Below are positions 8,701-17,208 of a stretch of 49,997 nucleotides of DNA, piece after piece. The DNA comes from a virus (taxonomy: Duplodnaviria > Caudoviricetes). The stretch's first letter is position 1. Each line of letters starts with the position of its first letter. Under the pieces are notes generated by a model. It saw nothing but the letters and a program-made list of their open reading frames with translations, ran no database searches and was not told where the DNA came from. Position numbers and translations under genes: made by a program. The DNA lies in IMG/VR virus record IMGVR_UViG_3300010381_000010, positions 1-49,997 of that record, one strand, 5' to 3'.

Positions 8701-10812
8701 CGAGTCGAGAAGATTGCCATCGGGGGGGACGAGGCCAGCACGCTTGGCCTCGTCTTCCAGGTAATCCCATGCCTGGCCAGAAGTGGTGCGTCCCGCCTTT
8801 CTGTCGGCATCGGTGACTTCACGACGTGAGTTAAATAGGTCACGCGGGGCCTTGCTGCGCAGGGCATTGAGCACTTCAGGGCCGAACGTGTCGGAGATGG
8901 ACTTAGCGTCCAGGCGTCCTCGCAGAAAATTCCAAAGCTGGGAAAGAGGCTTGGCCCCATACTCTTGCGCGGCTTGGCGTTGCGCCTGTTCCTGATAGCG
9001 ACGAACTATCTCTTCTTCAGACAGGTCCTGGCCATTATCGAAAGCGCGGGCGTCCTTGGCCGGCATCTGACCTTCAGGGGATCCTTCTCCATGATCCGTG
9101 GGAATGGCGGCATTCTCCAGGCTGCGGCCTTCGGCCTGTGTGTAATCGGCTGGATCACCGACGCGCTCGAAGCCCATCCCGGGAGGCAACGCAGCAGGGT
9201 TACGGATTCCATCCGCCCGAGCCTGCTCTTCCGGCGTCAGGACGGGCGCCGTCTCGCCAGTCAAGCCACGAAGTTCAACTTCGTAGCGGGTGCGCAAATC
9301 CTCTATCCTGGTGCGTTCCGCAGGGGTTTTCTTTTCCGCCAGTTGTGCCGTGAGCGCGTCGATACGCTTGCCCAGGGCGTTGATGCGCGACTGGTTTGCG
9401 TTGGAAGCAGGCACGCCCGGATCAATTTGGGCCTGCTCTCTCTTGGCCGCTTCGGCGTCAAGCTGCTCAAGATGCGACAGATCCTGACCGGGAATGGGTT
9501 CCTGCATCCAGTCCATCCCGCTCGCTGCTCCAGAGGCCATGTCTTGTCCCTGCCTGGGCTCAAGCATTGGGGCGGCCTGCTGCATCTGGACGCCCTCCTC
9601 CGGGGTGGCAAACGGACCACGGAACCCCTTTGGCATCGCCTGTTCCCGGGAAGCCTGATCGCCTCGGGCGCCACGCATTGCGGCCAGAAGTGCCGCTGAA
9701 TCCCCGGGGATGCCCTGGGCCGACTCGGCCGGTGGCTGCTCCATGCCAGGAATAGCCACATCGGGACGCTCGGCCGGCGGAATAATCGTGGTGGTCGGCT
9801 GCGGCTTCTCCATGTCGGCCGATTGCCTGGCAAGCTGCTCGGACAATGTGGCGGTGCCGGTCGGCCCCTGACGCGCGGGCTGGGCCTGCGCGGAAAGTTC
9901 TTCCGGACGGCCCTTGAAAAGCGCATGCGCGCCACCGAAGACAGCGCCGCCGACCATGGCGTCCGGGACATGCTCAAAGAGGGATGCGCTCGGATCGACC
10001 TGCCGTTTGCGGTTGGCATTCTCGGCCATGGTCTGACCGCCCATGAACAGACCACCTTCAGCCGCGCCACTGGCCACTTGACCCAGTTTCTTGGGCATAA
10101 CCTTTTGCGCGCCTGCGCCTAGGGCCTCGCCAAGTGGCCCCATGGCGGCGCCCACGGCGATGTTTGCGCCGGCGGCGGACCCGGCTACACGGTCTGCCAC
10201 CAAGTCCCTGGCCTGCTTGAAACGCATGTCGTCCGTGAGATTCGGATCGGTCTGGGCATAGGCGTCCTGAAAAACCGGCGTGGCCGCAAGCTGGTCATCG
10301 GCCATATCCTGAATCTCACGGTCGGCGCGTTCGGCCGCGGGCAAGGCGAATCCAGCGCCACCGCCAGCCCCGGCCGCGACCGTTGCCGCAGTGCCACCGA
10401 CTCCGGCCAGTTTCGCCAGACCGCCCATCATGCCGCCGCCGGCGGTGGCCAGGGCCATGTCCGGGGCGGCTGACAGCGCATCGGCCAACACCTTGCCGGC
10501 CGCGACGGAAGGATGCTGGATCGCATCTGTCCAAGGCATGGACTCTTGGGTCTGGAACGCCTGGGATTGCTCCGGTGCCGTCACTTCGCGATCGCGGTAG
10601 AAGTCCCGGATCGAGCCGCCAAAGGAGTCCAGGCCAAGTTTCTGGAGCCCATAGCCCATGGCTGCGCCGGTCCTGTCCAGGGCCTTGCGCAACTGCACGC
10701 CATAGTCGGTGGCCGTTTGGCCACCAGCATCGGCCGGCGCATTGAGCGCGGCGAAAGCGCTTGGATCGTAAGCCTGTGCTCTGGCCAGGATGCCGTCAAC
10801 GATGTCTGCCAT
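2797..10812 (-). CDS. Large polyvalent protein / internal virion (DNA ejection) protein with LPD5-, LPD1-, zincin- and PLxRFG-like regions
   Basis: 2671 aa; GEKIGGSRKD, GVEFGEW...LALAFGARG...SLAHEWFHALD, YW..PHE..ARAF...PYPEG.ER..IN.AFD, second HEAGH, YFPHSRQG; last gene of the virion operon. Confidence 0.8.
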   Translation of the reverse strand: MADIVDGILARAQAYDPSAFAALNAPADAGGQTATDYGVQLRKALDRTGAAMGYGLQKLGLDSFGGSIRDFYRDREVTAPEQSQAFQTQESMPWTDAIQHPSVAAGKVLADALSAAPDMALATAGGGMMGGLAKLAGVGGTAATVAAGAGGGAGFALPAAERADREIQDMADDQLAATPVFQDAYAQTDPNLTDDMRFKQARDLVADRVAGSAAGANIAVGAAMGPLGEALGAGAQKVMPKKLGQVASGAAEGGLFMGGQTMAENANRKRQVDPSASLFEHVPDAMVGGAVFGGAHALFKGRPEELSAQAQPARQGPTGTATLSEQLARQSADMEKPQPTTTIIPPAERPDVAIPGMEQPPAESAQGIPGDSAALLAAMRGARGDQASREQAMPKGFRGPFATPEEGVQMQQAAPMLEPRQGQDMASGAASGMDWMQEPIPGQDLSHLEQLDAEAAKREQAQIDPGVPASNANQSRINALGKRIDALTAQLAEKKTPAERTRIEDLRTRYEVELRGLTGETAPVLTPEEQARADGIRNPAALPPGMGFERVGDPADYTQAEGRSLENAAIPTDHGEGSPEGQMPAKDARAFDNGQDLSEEEIVRRYQEQAQRQAAQEYGAKPLSQLWNFLRGRLDAKSISDTFGPEVLNALRSKAPRDLFNSRREVTDADRKAGRTTSGQAWDYLEDEAKRAGLVPPDGNLLDSLMSNVTNKEQAQRDRMNPPQTGGAGFSLEPPQDKRAFLKEVMAKPLGEIQNMAWKDGVEVRRGQGKAALAEAIWQARPSLDYETVQAQGEVLGDPLRGAQDRAGVATAYNVAAAESAVGVPFQKTETYARVKSAVDTKDAKSLWGLLRHTDNVNSRAAFFELTGIDPSVGKTQKGLKAAIDQFAQTKENETTLPGDVKPGEARGAEISTTEPQATEITATEAAPMPRSKSDVDLEPEKFGLTLGEKIGGSRKDTATQTGPRVRIPGRDETTPAWRKPLQAVQVKEANLKTGEDRTYWSIADQKGRIPTGKYKFDTKEDAEAAIPLAAVAVKHRIGKRGDAWEIYRRVTDRKTVVIKDGFETEEAAKRYMVEHAEEILNTKTGFGEEILARPEKVYREGEPRREGPAKGQDFLDAYGFRGVEFGEWNDQGERQEVLNHAYDGLGDLAAVLDVPPKALSLNGDLALAFGARGRGLSSAKAHYERDYGVINLTKLTGAGSLAHEWFHALDHYLARQDTKASSEKVRNARGDTVFKTGKSAGRDFLSHGTSYKSQVREELRKAYENLLHDIAYKAEQYKEDTEKAERFVGRARGYLEKGLNDIRANLARETQWGRKRAPATPEQLDRFDALAAQLLSGDNLTLEMRNNDADGKRRSRFGSYRNSNDVLDGLAAIYKEVRGRSGFNAEKTGPFNNLAASVRDFAIRAKMLDDARTQTEKTKQVPTDYRREAYLMDRGRASDYWGEPHELAARAFSSYVEDRIKGGSGRSDFLVYGANNERPEYKLFSVRPYPEGAEREAINAAFDKFFKTVKTKETDKGVAMYRKGDEGQPASVSASDLRAKLSGTPFENVIIHDSPEDLQNQALRRYMERTGNLGAKGVFTDRPTVFAGNHETIEDAIKSVIHEAGHDGLEALRQRTRSMGDEVRGGAQHVGNTLDAIYAANNRGIREWLSNDKEGQGYKDIDLRSAQGRRDVTEEWLMHTSLGDLASPSQARWYDKYVAAMARWLRAVSDKIGVKIGWTDAETRDFLRQAFEARHSADEAKMLGGGGHMAMAAPAMRQEAQPDAMLRKAVPTAKRAIEEKDEILKGVPIEANTKNDISTLRRFVSLPHWIAKDYPTFAKLYDRQMRRRDDRTTKVTDAIGTAESFMDLTGDDLAKAQDIIWQIDGKKIEGVGDWARADGKLDNGRTKLVLNDEHYAALEQHLRDAFGSNEAVAKGIADVRRALDAGYIDLYNRFAGMSDADAGEVEKLRASFGKIHNYFPHSRQGDFYIRATSPSEKDELGRPKTLHREHFNILGGSIDVKRKIGSARVAAEAKKRIAALREQYPDAKWEYGAVENLPEAVYSYPIPVEAIQQVLKAGVDQLPETGADGQPLRADVEKALNKSMADVFKARGFGQHLIQRQNVPGFETGDIKRTFYDHMNGLYGFLTKMEAAKDFTQIMHEFEAKKEPKLYDYALNYMRDMLGNQTKVDRTVSLLKSIGYVKYLGGRISTAAINLTQNVISGVPTLSMHSKRAGRNFVSALTDLTDLAKYSWSGKTDNLRRITPDEADMLHTLYAAGDTRAQFLEQMRLQVADSPATKAWGRVMDVLGLPMELTERFNRASLALAAYRAARAGDVTNAKTLQQFHVQSGQKFGHDNAIEFARMVTNDAHFVYGRSNMPEVFRGSDAGKWASSAYQFRTFSHNMMSLWAHMVKSGPEGRKALLRSMAGLVALGGLAAAPGYRSLMATFTGQTGDDLERKLRKAVGGGLMGDLLIYGMPAASGVHLSGSLGMDLPVSSEMASKGGNPIWAILGIPGSFAQETGQMLGAIKSGNMGRAVALSPATPSVVRNVANAMRLHDEGAYTQSGKPIPRLGERGPMTLTTAETIAKMLGFSPVELTNQYTAADTIQAQNQFRLDAQKGFADRYANAMRRRDMDEVRAIRRQVREWNAQALKDKKRGMVIDLSSALKARARPLAPAKRMRREVKEDRAVY

Positions 10813-10821
10813 GAGGATTCC

Positions 10822-13314
10822 TTACATGCCTGCGCCCATGAGGCTGTCGGAAAGATTCTTGAGCTGCGGATACATCTGGTCCAGGTAGGCCCGTTCTTCC
10901 GGTGTCGCTGACTGGTATTTGTTGAGCACCTCAGCCGTGGTGTCCTTCGGCTTGAACGCATCGAACAGGCTGGCCATGCCGAGGCTTGTCGTGGGCGCCG
11001 GGCCCGTGCTTGCCCCCGTGCTGCCGGCGGCGTCGTCGAACCTCTGGGCGAGGTCATTGGACATGGCGTCCTGGGATGTGTCGGGGACGTCCCCGCCAAA
11101 AGTCGCTTTCAACGCCCCCATGATCCCCTGGGCCTTGTCGTTCCACCAGTCCTGGTTGGCCTTGTTCTCGAGGTCGATTTGTATCTCTCTGGGAGTCGGG
11201 AGGCGGGCAGGAGCGTTGCTCCCAAGCCCGGGATCGCTGGGGACAACGGAGGCATCACCCTGATTGACGAACTGGCCGGCCATGTCAGGCTCTCCTGGAT
11301 CTATGGGCAAAGGAAGCGGTGTCTGCTGGCTTGTTGGGCGAGGCGTAGGGACAGTGGTCTGTCCCGTCTGCCCCGATACCTCCGGCGAGGATGGGGCGGG
11401 CGGCTCCTGAGGTTGAGGACCTGGAGAACCGGCAGAGGCATCATTTTTCGGCTGCGACTCAGGATGAGCCTGCGCCCATCTCCGGTCGAGTTCCGAGAAC
11501 AGCACCTGCGGCGTGATGCCCTTGGCAATGGCGGCATCGACCTGCGGCGTTAAGAATTGGTTTTGGATGTCCCGAATCTGGTCCGGGTCTTTGGCGTTTT
11601 TGAGAGCTTCCTGCGCGGCCGGGTTGCTGGCCAAGTATCGCAACTTGGCCTGCTGCTTGAGCTCATCGTAAATGCTCGAGAAAGTCCCCATCTTGGTTGC
11701 GATGTCGGAATAATCCTTGTTCGAAGCATTCCATGAGGGCGTAAAGTTGCCCTGCTCATCGAACGAACCTTCTCCGTAATGGGCGACGATGGCAGATTTC
11801 AGCGTGTTGAATTTGCTCGGGTCAACAATACTGGCCTTGTCCCGAGTTTCCCCGGTGGCAGGGTCAACCTGCGTATTGGGGACCTCGGAAAATTGCTTGG
11901 CATTGTCATCAATCTGCTTGCCCCATTCCTTTGCCTGGTCTTGGCCAAAACGTGCCTGGTTCAAGCCGTTGGTGATCTGGTGCTGTTTGATCTGCTCGGC
12001 AGCCAGACTGTTGGCTCGATCGTTTGCCTGAACGGCTCTGTCCTGCGTTGCGTTGGCCCTGGACTCATTACGGTCGGATCGGGAATCCTTGATCGCCTGC
12101 CGCTCCATTTCCTCGCGCTTGGTCTGAGCCTGCTGGGCCCGAGTGAGCAGATCTCTTTCGGCTTGATCGAGTTGCTGCAGGTACTGCGCTTTCTGGGCCA
12201 TGCCAGCTTTACTTGTGGGTTGAAACGACTGGACCTGTTGCTTGCGCGCCTGGATCAACTGCCAGCGCTGGTTGATGGCATCGTTTAAGGCGCCACGGGA
12301 CTGCGGCGCTTGCGAGCCAGTTTGCTGCGGAAGCACTGCCCGCATGCCGTAATTGGTCTGCGGGGTCTGCGCCACACGCTGGGCAATGGCCGGGTTCATG
12401 CCGGCGGCTTGGTCGGCAGCCTGGGGCGTTGCCTGGGCTCCCTGCATGGCATACCCGGGCCCCGCGTCGGACATGGAATTGCCGGCAGCGGCCAGGATGT
12501 TGGACATCCCCAGGCCACCGTTGGGAACGTCCTGTCCATCAGGGGCAGACACGGCATCACCATGTTGGGGCTGCGCGACGGCTTCCTGAACACCCGCAGC
12601 CTTGGCATACCGGTCTGCGGGGAAAAGTCCGCGGCGTCCGGTTTCGACCTCGGTGATGAGCGGCATCAGCTTGGCCCGAAAGCTCGGGTCGGTCAGGTCC
12701 ACAGGATCATTCGGGCCGATACCTAGACGCTTGGACGCGCCAGCCGCGTAGGCAACAGGATCATTGCCATCGGTTTCCGGCGCGTACTTTTTAAAAAACT
12801 GGGCCAGGGTTTTTATACCGTGCTTCGTTCCGTCGATGTAAAGTTGCTTCGACAGGGCGGCCAGGCCGCTATCCATATCGGGGAACGATTGGAAGGCGTT
12901 TTTCCCAGGTACGCGGAGGTTGCCAGGGTTGTTATTGCGCTGCCAGGCCTGAACCTTTCCGCCGGCCTGCGACGTCGGGAAAGACCCTTCCGGCAGAGAC
13001 GGCGCACTGCTCGGCGACAGGTCGCGGCTTTGGAGCGGCGCGCCCTCAGGGCCTGCGGCGCCAACTGGCGTATTTTCGTCCGCCACCGGCGTCTGGCCGT
13101 TGCCTCCCATGATATCCTGCAGCCCCGCAGCATCAGTCAGGCCATTTCGAAGCTCGTCTGTCCGGGCTCGATAAAGCTCCATCTCGGCTTCCTGGAGCTT
13201 CTTTCTCTGAGCCAGCGCCTCTTCCTGTTGCTGGAGTCTCAGCATCATACCCAGGCCAGCGGCGATTCCCCCGGCCACGTTGTCCCAATGGTTTCCGCGT
13301 CTGCGACGTATCAT
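10822..13314 (-). CDS. Internal virion/ejection protein with RNNNPGN lysozyme-like domain
   Basis: 830 aa; RNNNPGNLR...F.....G..AL..QL...YAP..DGNDP.AYA; Q/P-rich and coiled-coil segments; ejectosome position. Confidence 0.7.
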   Translation of the reverse strand: MIRRRRGNHWDNVAGGIAAGLGMMLRLQQQEEALAQRKKLQEAEMELYRARTDELRNGLTDAAGLQDIMGGNGQTPVADENTPVGAAGPEGAPLQSRDLSPSSAPSLPEGSFPTSQAGGKVQAWQRNNNPGNLRVPGKNAFQSFPDMDSGLAALSKQLYIDGTKHGIKTLAQFFKKYAPETDGNDPVAYAAGASKRLGIGPNDPVDLTDPSFRAKLMPLITEVETGRRGLFPADRYAKAAGVQEAVAQPQHGDAVSAPDGQDVPNGGLGMSNILAAAGNSMSDAGPGYAMQGAQATPQAADQAAGMNPAIAQRVAQTPQTNYGMRAVLPQQTGSQAPQSRGALNDAINQRWQLIQARKQQVQSFQPTSKAGMAQKAQYLQQLDQAERDLLTRAQQAQTKREEMERQAIKDSRSDRNESRANATQDRAVQANDRANSLAAEQIKQHQITNGLNQARFGQDQAKEWGKQIDDNAKQFSEVPNTQVDPATGETRDKASIVDPSKFNTLKSAIVAHYGEGSFDEQGNFTPSWNASNKDYSDIATKMGTFSSIYDELKQQAKLRYLASNPAAQEALKNAKDPDQIRDIQNQFLTPQVDAAIAKGITPQVLFSELDRRWAQAHPESQPKNDASAGSPGPQPQEPPAPSSPEVSGQTGQTTVPTPRPTSQQTPLPLPIDPGEPDMAGQFVNQGDASVVPSDPGLGSNAPARLPTPREIQIDLENKANQDWWNDKAQGIMGALKATFGGDVPDTSQDAMSNDLAQRFDDAAGSTGASTGPAPTTSLGMASLFDAFKPKDTTAEVLNKYQSATPEERAYLDQMYPQLKNLSDSLMGAGM

Positions 13315-13343
13315 GCGTGCTCTCCGCTTGTGTCACGGATTAT

Positions 13344-14615
13344 TTAGTTAGACCTGCTCAGCCCTTTGGAAAGCATCCCCAACCCGCTGCCGAAAAGAGT
13401 CCCAAAACCAGACCCGCTGTCGGAGCTGCCTCCACTGCCATCCGAAGCGGTAGACACCTGGTTGGCCATCTTGGTCGCGTCGTATACCTTGCTCATGCTA
13501 TTGGCCCCCAACGTGCCCATGGTGGTCCCGAGAGAGGCCATCGTGGACGTCTCCGGCTTGAGGGCATTCAAGGCGCTGTAAAGGCGCGAAGACAGCGAGC
13601 TGGAAAGCAGGTTGTTGTAGGACCCGGCTGCATTGTTGGCCAAGGTGCCAAGACTGCTGACCACAGACGTCCCAAGGCTGCTCGGGCCTTTCTGTAGCAG
13701 GTTGCCGTAGCTGACCCCGAAATTCCCGAGGTTATTCGCGGAGGTATTGTATGTCCCGGTGGCGCTGTTGACTGCGGAATTTGCGTTACCCAATGCGGAT
13801 AGGCCGGTATTCTGGGCGGCGATGGATTGTTGGGTACCGGTCACCCGGCCCTGCGTCCTGGCTCCGGCCACGGCCAGGGCCTTATCCACGGCCCTTTGCG
13901 CATCAAGCGCCCGGGACGCCCCAGAGGATGGGTCAATGCCAAGCGCCTGGGTCTGCCTGGCCGCCGTCTTTGCGGCCGTATCGTATTGCGAGTTGACGTC
14001 CTCGGCCGCCATCGTGGCGGTCTGCTCAGGATCGAACGCTGTCTTCGTGTAGTCGTAAAAGTCCTGGGCATCGCCCAGGTAACTGTTCGCGCTGTCCAAA
14101 TTCGACTGGGCGTTGGAAACCGCATTTCCCATGGTGCTGCGCCCGGTCGTGTTGAGCCAGTCTATGTTGGACGCCTCGGACGGCCTGTAGACACTGCTTG
14201 CCATCTGCAGGGCGTCGTTGATGTCGTTTAATCCGGCTTGGTATGTGCCTTGGCTCCCATTGACCATATTGGCCAGCGCCGACCAAATACCAGAACCGGC
14301 CTGAGTGGCGGCACTCTCGGCATTCCCGGAATTGGTAATCTCGTTGAGCAGGAGCTGCGTAAAGGGGTTCTGCGCCGTCTCGTAATTGCTACGGTCAGCC
14401 GTGTAATTACCCTGCATCTGGTTATACAGGTCTTCCCACGTCTGGTTTTGTCCCTTACCGCGCAAATAGTCGACGAGGCTTATCCCGAGGGCGTTGTAGC
14501 TGTTCTGGTTCCCGGTATCACGATCAATACTGCTCCCGGAATCTCCACCCCCGAAGAGGCTGCCAAGCCCGCCGGCGATAGACGCTCCGGCACCAACCAT
14601 GGTCAACGGATCCAT
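13344..14615 (-). CDS. Putative DNA pilot/ejection protein
   Basis: 423 aa, G/S/N/A-rich; MDPLTMVGAGASIAGGLGSLFG N-terminus typical of podoviral ejection proteins. Confidence 0.65.
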   Translation of the reverse strand: MDPLTMVGAGASIAGGLGSLFGGGDSGSSIDRDTGNQNSYNALGISLVDYLRGKGQNQTWEDLYNQMQGNYTADRSNYETAQNPFTQLLLNEITNSGNAESAATQAGSGIWSALANMVNGSQGTYQAGLNDINDALQMASSVYRPSEASNIDWLNTTGRSTMGNAVSNAQSNLDSANSYLGDAQDFYDYTKTAFDPEQTATMAAEDVNSQYDTAAKTAARQTQALGIDPSSGASRALDAQRAVDKALAVAGARTQGRVTGTQQSIAAQNTGLSALGNANSAVNSATGTYNTSANNLGNFGVSYGNLLQKGPSSLGTSVVSSLGTLANNAAGSYNNLLSSSLSSRLYSALNALKPETSTMASLGTTMGTLGANSMSKVYDATKMANQVSTASDGSGGSSDSGSGFGTLFGSGLGMLSKGLSRSN

Positions 14616-14616
14616 A

Positions 14617-16458
14617 TCAGTACCCAGCCTTATAGATTTCCGTGACGCTCGACGCCACGCTCACGTTCTTCACGTTCACGTTCCCTTCCAACTCTATTTC
14701 AAGCTCACGGGTTCTGTAGCCAGAAGGCAACCTGAACGGTTCACTCCCCGTAAGAGCTTTCTGAAACTTCAAATCACCGTCAGCATAAATTTTTATATTC
14801 AGGAATGGCTCATCGATGTAGACAGCACCAAGGGGAGAAAGAGTGCTTCCGCCAAATTCCAGAACGCCGCACTCGAATCCTCCAAAATACCCATTTGCTT
14901 TGTCCGTATCGATCAAGACCTGATTCGCATCTATCAAGTCTTGCCTGGCCGCCTGCATATTCTCCACTTCTTCAGCGGACATGGGCGGTTCGTAGTTTGC
15001 AACAACCTGCGCCGCCGCCGGGTTTAGCGGTTGCTGGCCGAACGCTTTCGAGCGCCAGACGTAAGTTGCGCGTGTTCCACCGCCTTCCCATTTTTTGATG
15101 ACGTTTTTACCATCTACTTTATCAGCGAAGAAAAGGTTATCTGTAGCTGGGTCAACGTACAGTGCATGAGCGTAGAAATCGAACTCAACAAAGGATGATG
15201 CAGGCGAGCTGACGTCGAAGCTGAACCCCCGACCGTATTTTACGCCATCAACAACCTTCGTCAGGTAGAAGCCGTAATATTTCCCGTCAGCGACTTCGGA
15301 ATGCAGCGTTTCTGGATTAAATCCGTACCATTCGCTGCGCGTGATGCTGTCCTTGGTCACGAGAGAAGTGCCGGCAGAGCCGATAAGATATATCCCGTCA
15401 GGCGTTGGGGCCAAAACGCCATACTCGCATGACACGACGCCGCGCTTGGAAATACAGGGCATGCGGTTCGGAAGCTGCTCCTGCCGGAGTTGATCCGGGG
15501 AAGTCCCCGACAGGATGTAGGGATAGCCCCTGGTGAAGACGACGATCGTCTGATCGTAAATTCCGAGGGCCGTTATGTCGGCCTTCAGTGTGTACTGATT
15601 CGCAACTGGCCATGCGTGCGGGTAGTACGGCACCGAGCAGTAAAGGATGTTTCCGGCATACCCCACCAGGAAACCAGACGGATGGGCAACCAGTCCATCC
15701 AGGTTGTCGGGGGGTGGCAAGTATCCAAGGGACGGACACTCTTCGGCCAGGGCGCTGTCCTCGACGGTATCGTCGTAGGACGTTGAAGCACCATCTATTT
15801 CATCCACAAACAGGTACTGCGAATAGGTGTTCCCTGTGTGCGAACGGTAGATGCGGATTTTTTCCAGATTCGGATAGTCATCGGTCGGGCATGGCGTGAT
15901 ATTGGTGAGCTGAGTCTTCTCGCCGGACTTGGCGGTAACAGTTGTCGTTGGGGAAGATGGCCCGCCTTCCTCGCCCCAGGCAGACACGTAGGTGTAGATG
16001 TAGACCACGTCACGGTCATTGCCTGACCCACCGCTATCTGTTGCTGCTGCCGTAAACGGGTTGGCCACGGCATCATTGACAGGAGCCGGAACCCCCAGCT
16101 TGTAGGAGGCGACTGGGTATGCCAGCCCTCCTCCTTGGGCCACCAAGTCGGAGTTGAAGACCTTGGCACCATTGGCCGGATCGGAAAAGTAGGTTCGTTC
16201 TTTCGTGTCGCCTGCAACGGGCCCACGCACAACAGAAACAGCCTCGGGCCAGTGACACCAGTATTTGTCCTGGTAGAGGTAAATTCGCTGCAGATCTTCC
16301 GCCTTTGCGAGATCACTGATCTGCAGGTGATTGTAGAATGGACGGATTTCTCCAGACCACAGCTTGGCGTTGAGCGCCGCAGACGCAAGATTATCAGCCA
16401 GGAGCCTGGAAGATGTGCGCGGAATCTCCCCGCCAAAGCCGCGAATGTGGATGAGCAC
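14617..16458 (-). CDS. Tail tube/nozzle (tubular protein B-like)
   Basis: 613 aa, beta-rich; F.GEIPR start, PHAWP, WRSK.F, FRLPSG motifs; position after the adaptors. Confidence 0.7.
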   Translation of the reverse strand: MLIHIRGFGGEIPRTSSRLLADNLASAALNAKLWSGEIRPFYNHLQISDLAKAEDLQRIYLYQDKYWCHWPEAVSVVRGPVAGDTKERTYFSDPANGAKVFNSDLVAQGGGLAYPVASYKLGVPAPVNDAVANPFTAAATDSGGSGNDRDVVYIYTYVSAWGEEGGPSSPTTTVTAKSGEKTQLTNITPCPTDDYPNLEKIRIYRSHTGNTYSQYLFVDEIDGASTSYDDTVEDSALAEECPSLGYLPPPDNLDGLVAHPSGFLVGYAGNILYCSVPYYPHAWPVANQYTLKADITALGIYDQTIVVFTRGYPYILSGTSPDQLRQEQLPNRMPCISKRGVVSCEYGVLAPTPDGIYLIGSAGTSLVTKDSITRSEWYGFNPETLHSEVADGKYYGFYLTKVVDGVKYGRGFSFDVSSPASSFVEFDFYAHALYVDPATDNLFFADKVDGKNVIKKWEGGGTRATYVWRSKAFGQQPLNPAAAQVVANYEPPMSAEEVENMQAARQDLIDANQVLIDTDKANGYFGGFECGVLEFGGSTLSPLGAVYIDEPFLNIKIYADGDLKFQKALTGSEPFRLPSGYRTRELEIELEGNVNVKNVSVASSVTEIYKAGY

Positions 16459-16462
16459 CGCC

Positions 16463-17206
16463 CTACTCCGGTACGCTCGGCCAAGCCACGGCGTTTATGA
16501 TCGAGTCGATTTCGCCAGTGGTCGTCGCGGCTGCCAGGGACTTTTTGGCCTGCAGCCGGGTTCTTTCAATGCCAGCGCCGTAGGACCACCATTTGTCGGC
16601 GGCGGCCTTGATGACCTCAGCCACTCCCTTGATCGTGTCCGCCGTGATGCCAACCTCGGCCCCGAGGTAGGGATAGTCGGCATCGTTGGGTTCCGTGGCA
16701 TCAAGATACGCCCGGGCCTGGGACTCCTTCTTTTCGTAGGCGGCCTGCATCCCAACGCCGGCTGTCAGCAGCACCTGCCGCTTGGATTCGGCCAGGGCGT
16801 CGACGGCATCTTTCGCCGCGGCAATCATGGCGGCAACGTCAGGCACCCACGCGGAGCCGGACCACGAGTAGAGTTTCCCCGGAGGGGCAACCTCGGTGTA
16901 GCCATCAGGAATCGGCCCCAGAGACGTGACGATCGTTTGGGTTTTGTCAGCCGTCGAGTAGATGGCCGCCCCCCGGTGGTCTTCTTTGACCTCCCAGATG
17001 ACCTCGCGCCGCTGGTCCGTTTCCGTCAGTACCTTGGCCAACACTGCAACGCTCCCTGTGTCCAAGGCGGGGGGAGGGTTGGTGGCGGCGCGAGCAGGGA
17101 GTATGATTCGCTCCTGGCCTTGCTCGTCTACCGGACGGGCCGGGCATGGCCTTGCAACAGACGCGTTCAGAAATATACCGGCAGTGTCGTAGAAATAGAG
17201 CAGCAT
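16463..17206 (-). CDS. Tail fibre assembly/chaperone-like protein
   Basis: Directly after the tail fibre; LP..AT..PP, W...EDHRG..Y, LGPIP.GYT...P, W.G.AW Tfa-like motifs. Confidence 0.65.
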   Translation of the reverse strand: MLLYFYDTAGIFLNASVARPCPARPVDEQGQERIILPARAATNPPPALDTGSVAVLAKVLTETDQRREVIWEVKEDHRGAAIYSTADKTQTIVTSLGPIPDGYTEVAPPGKLYSWSGSAWVPDVAAMIAAAKDAVDALAESKRQVLLTAGVGMQAAYEKKESQARAYLDATEPNDADYPYLGAEVGITADTIKGVAEVIKAAADKWWSYGAGIERTRLQAKKSLAAATTTGEIDSIINAVAWPSVPE

Positions 17207-17208
17207 AG

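Noticed and set aside
3045-13347. Many 100-300 aa + strand ORFs
   Set aside because: Shadows of the large minus-strand virion genes; no motifs or RBS support
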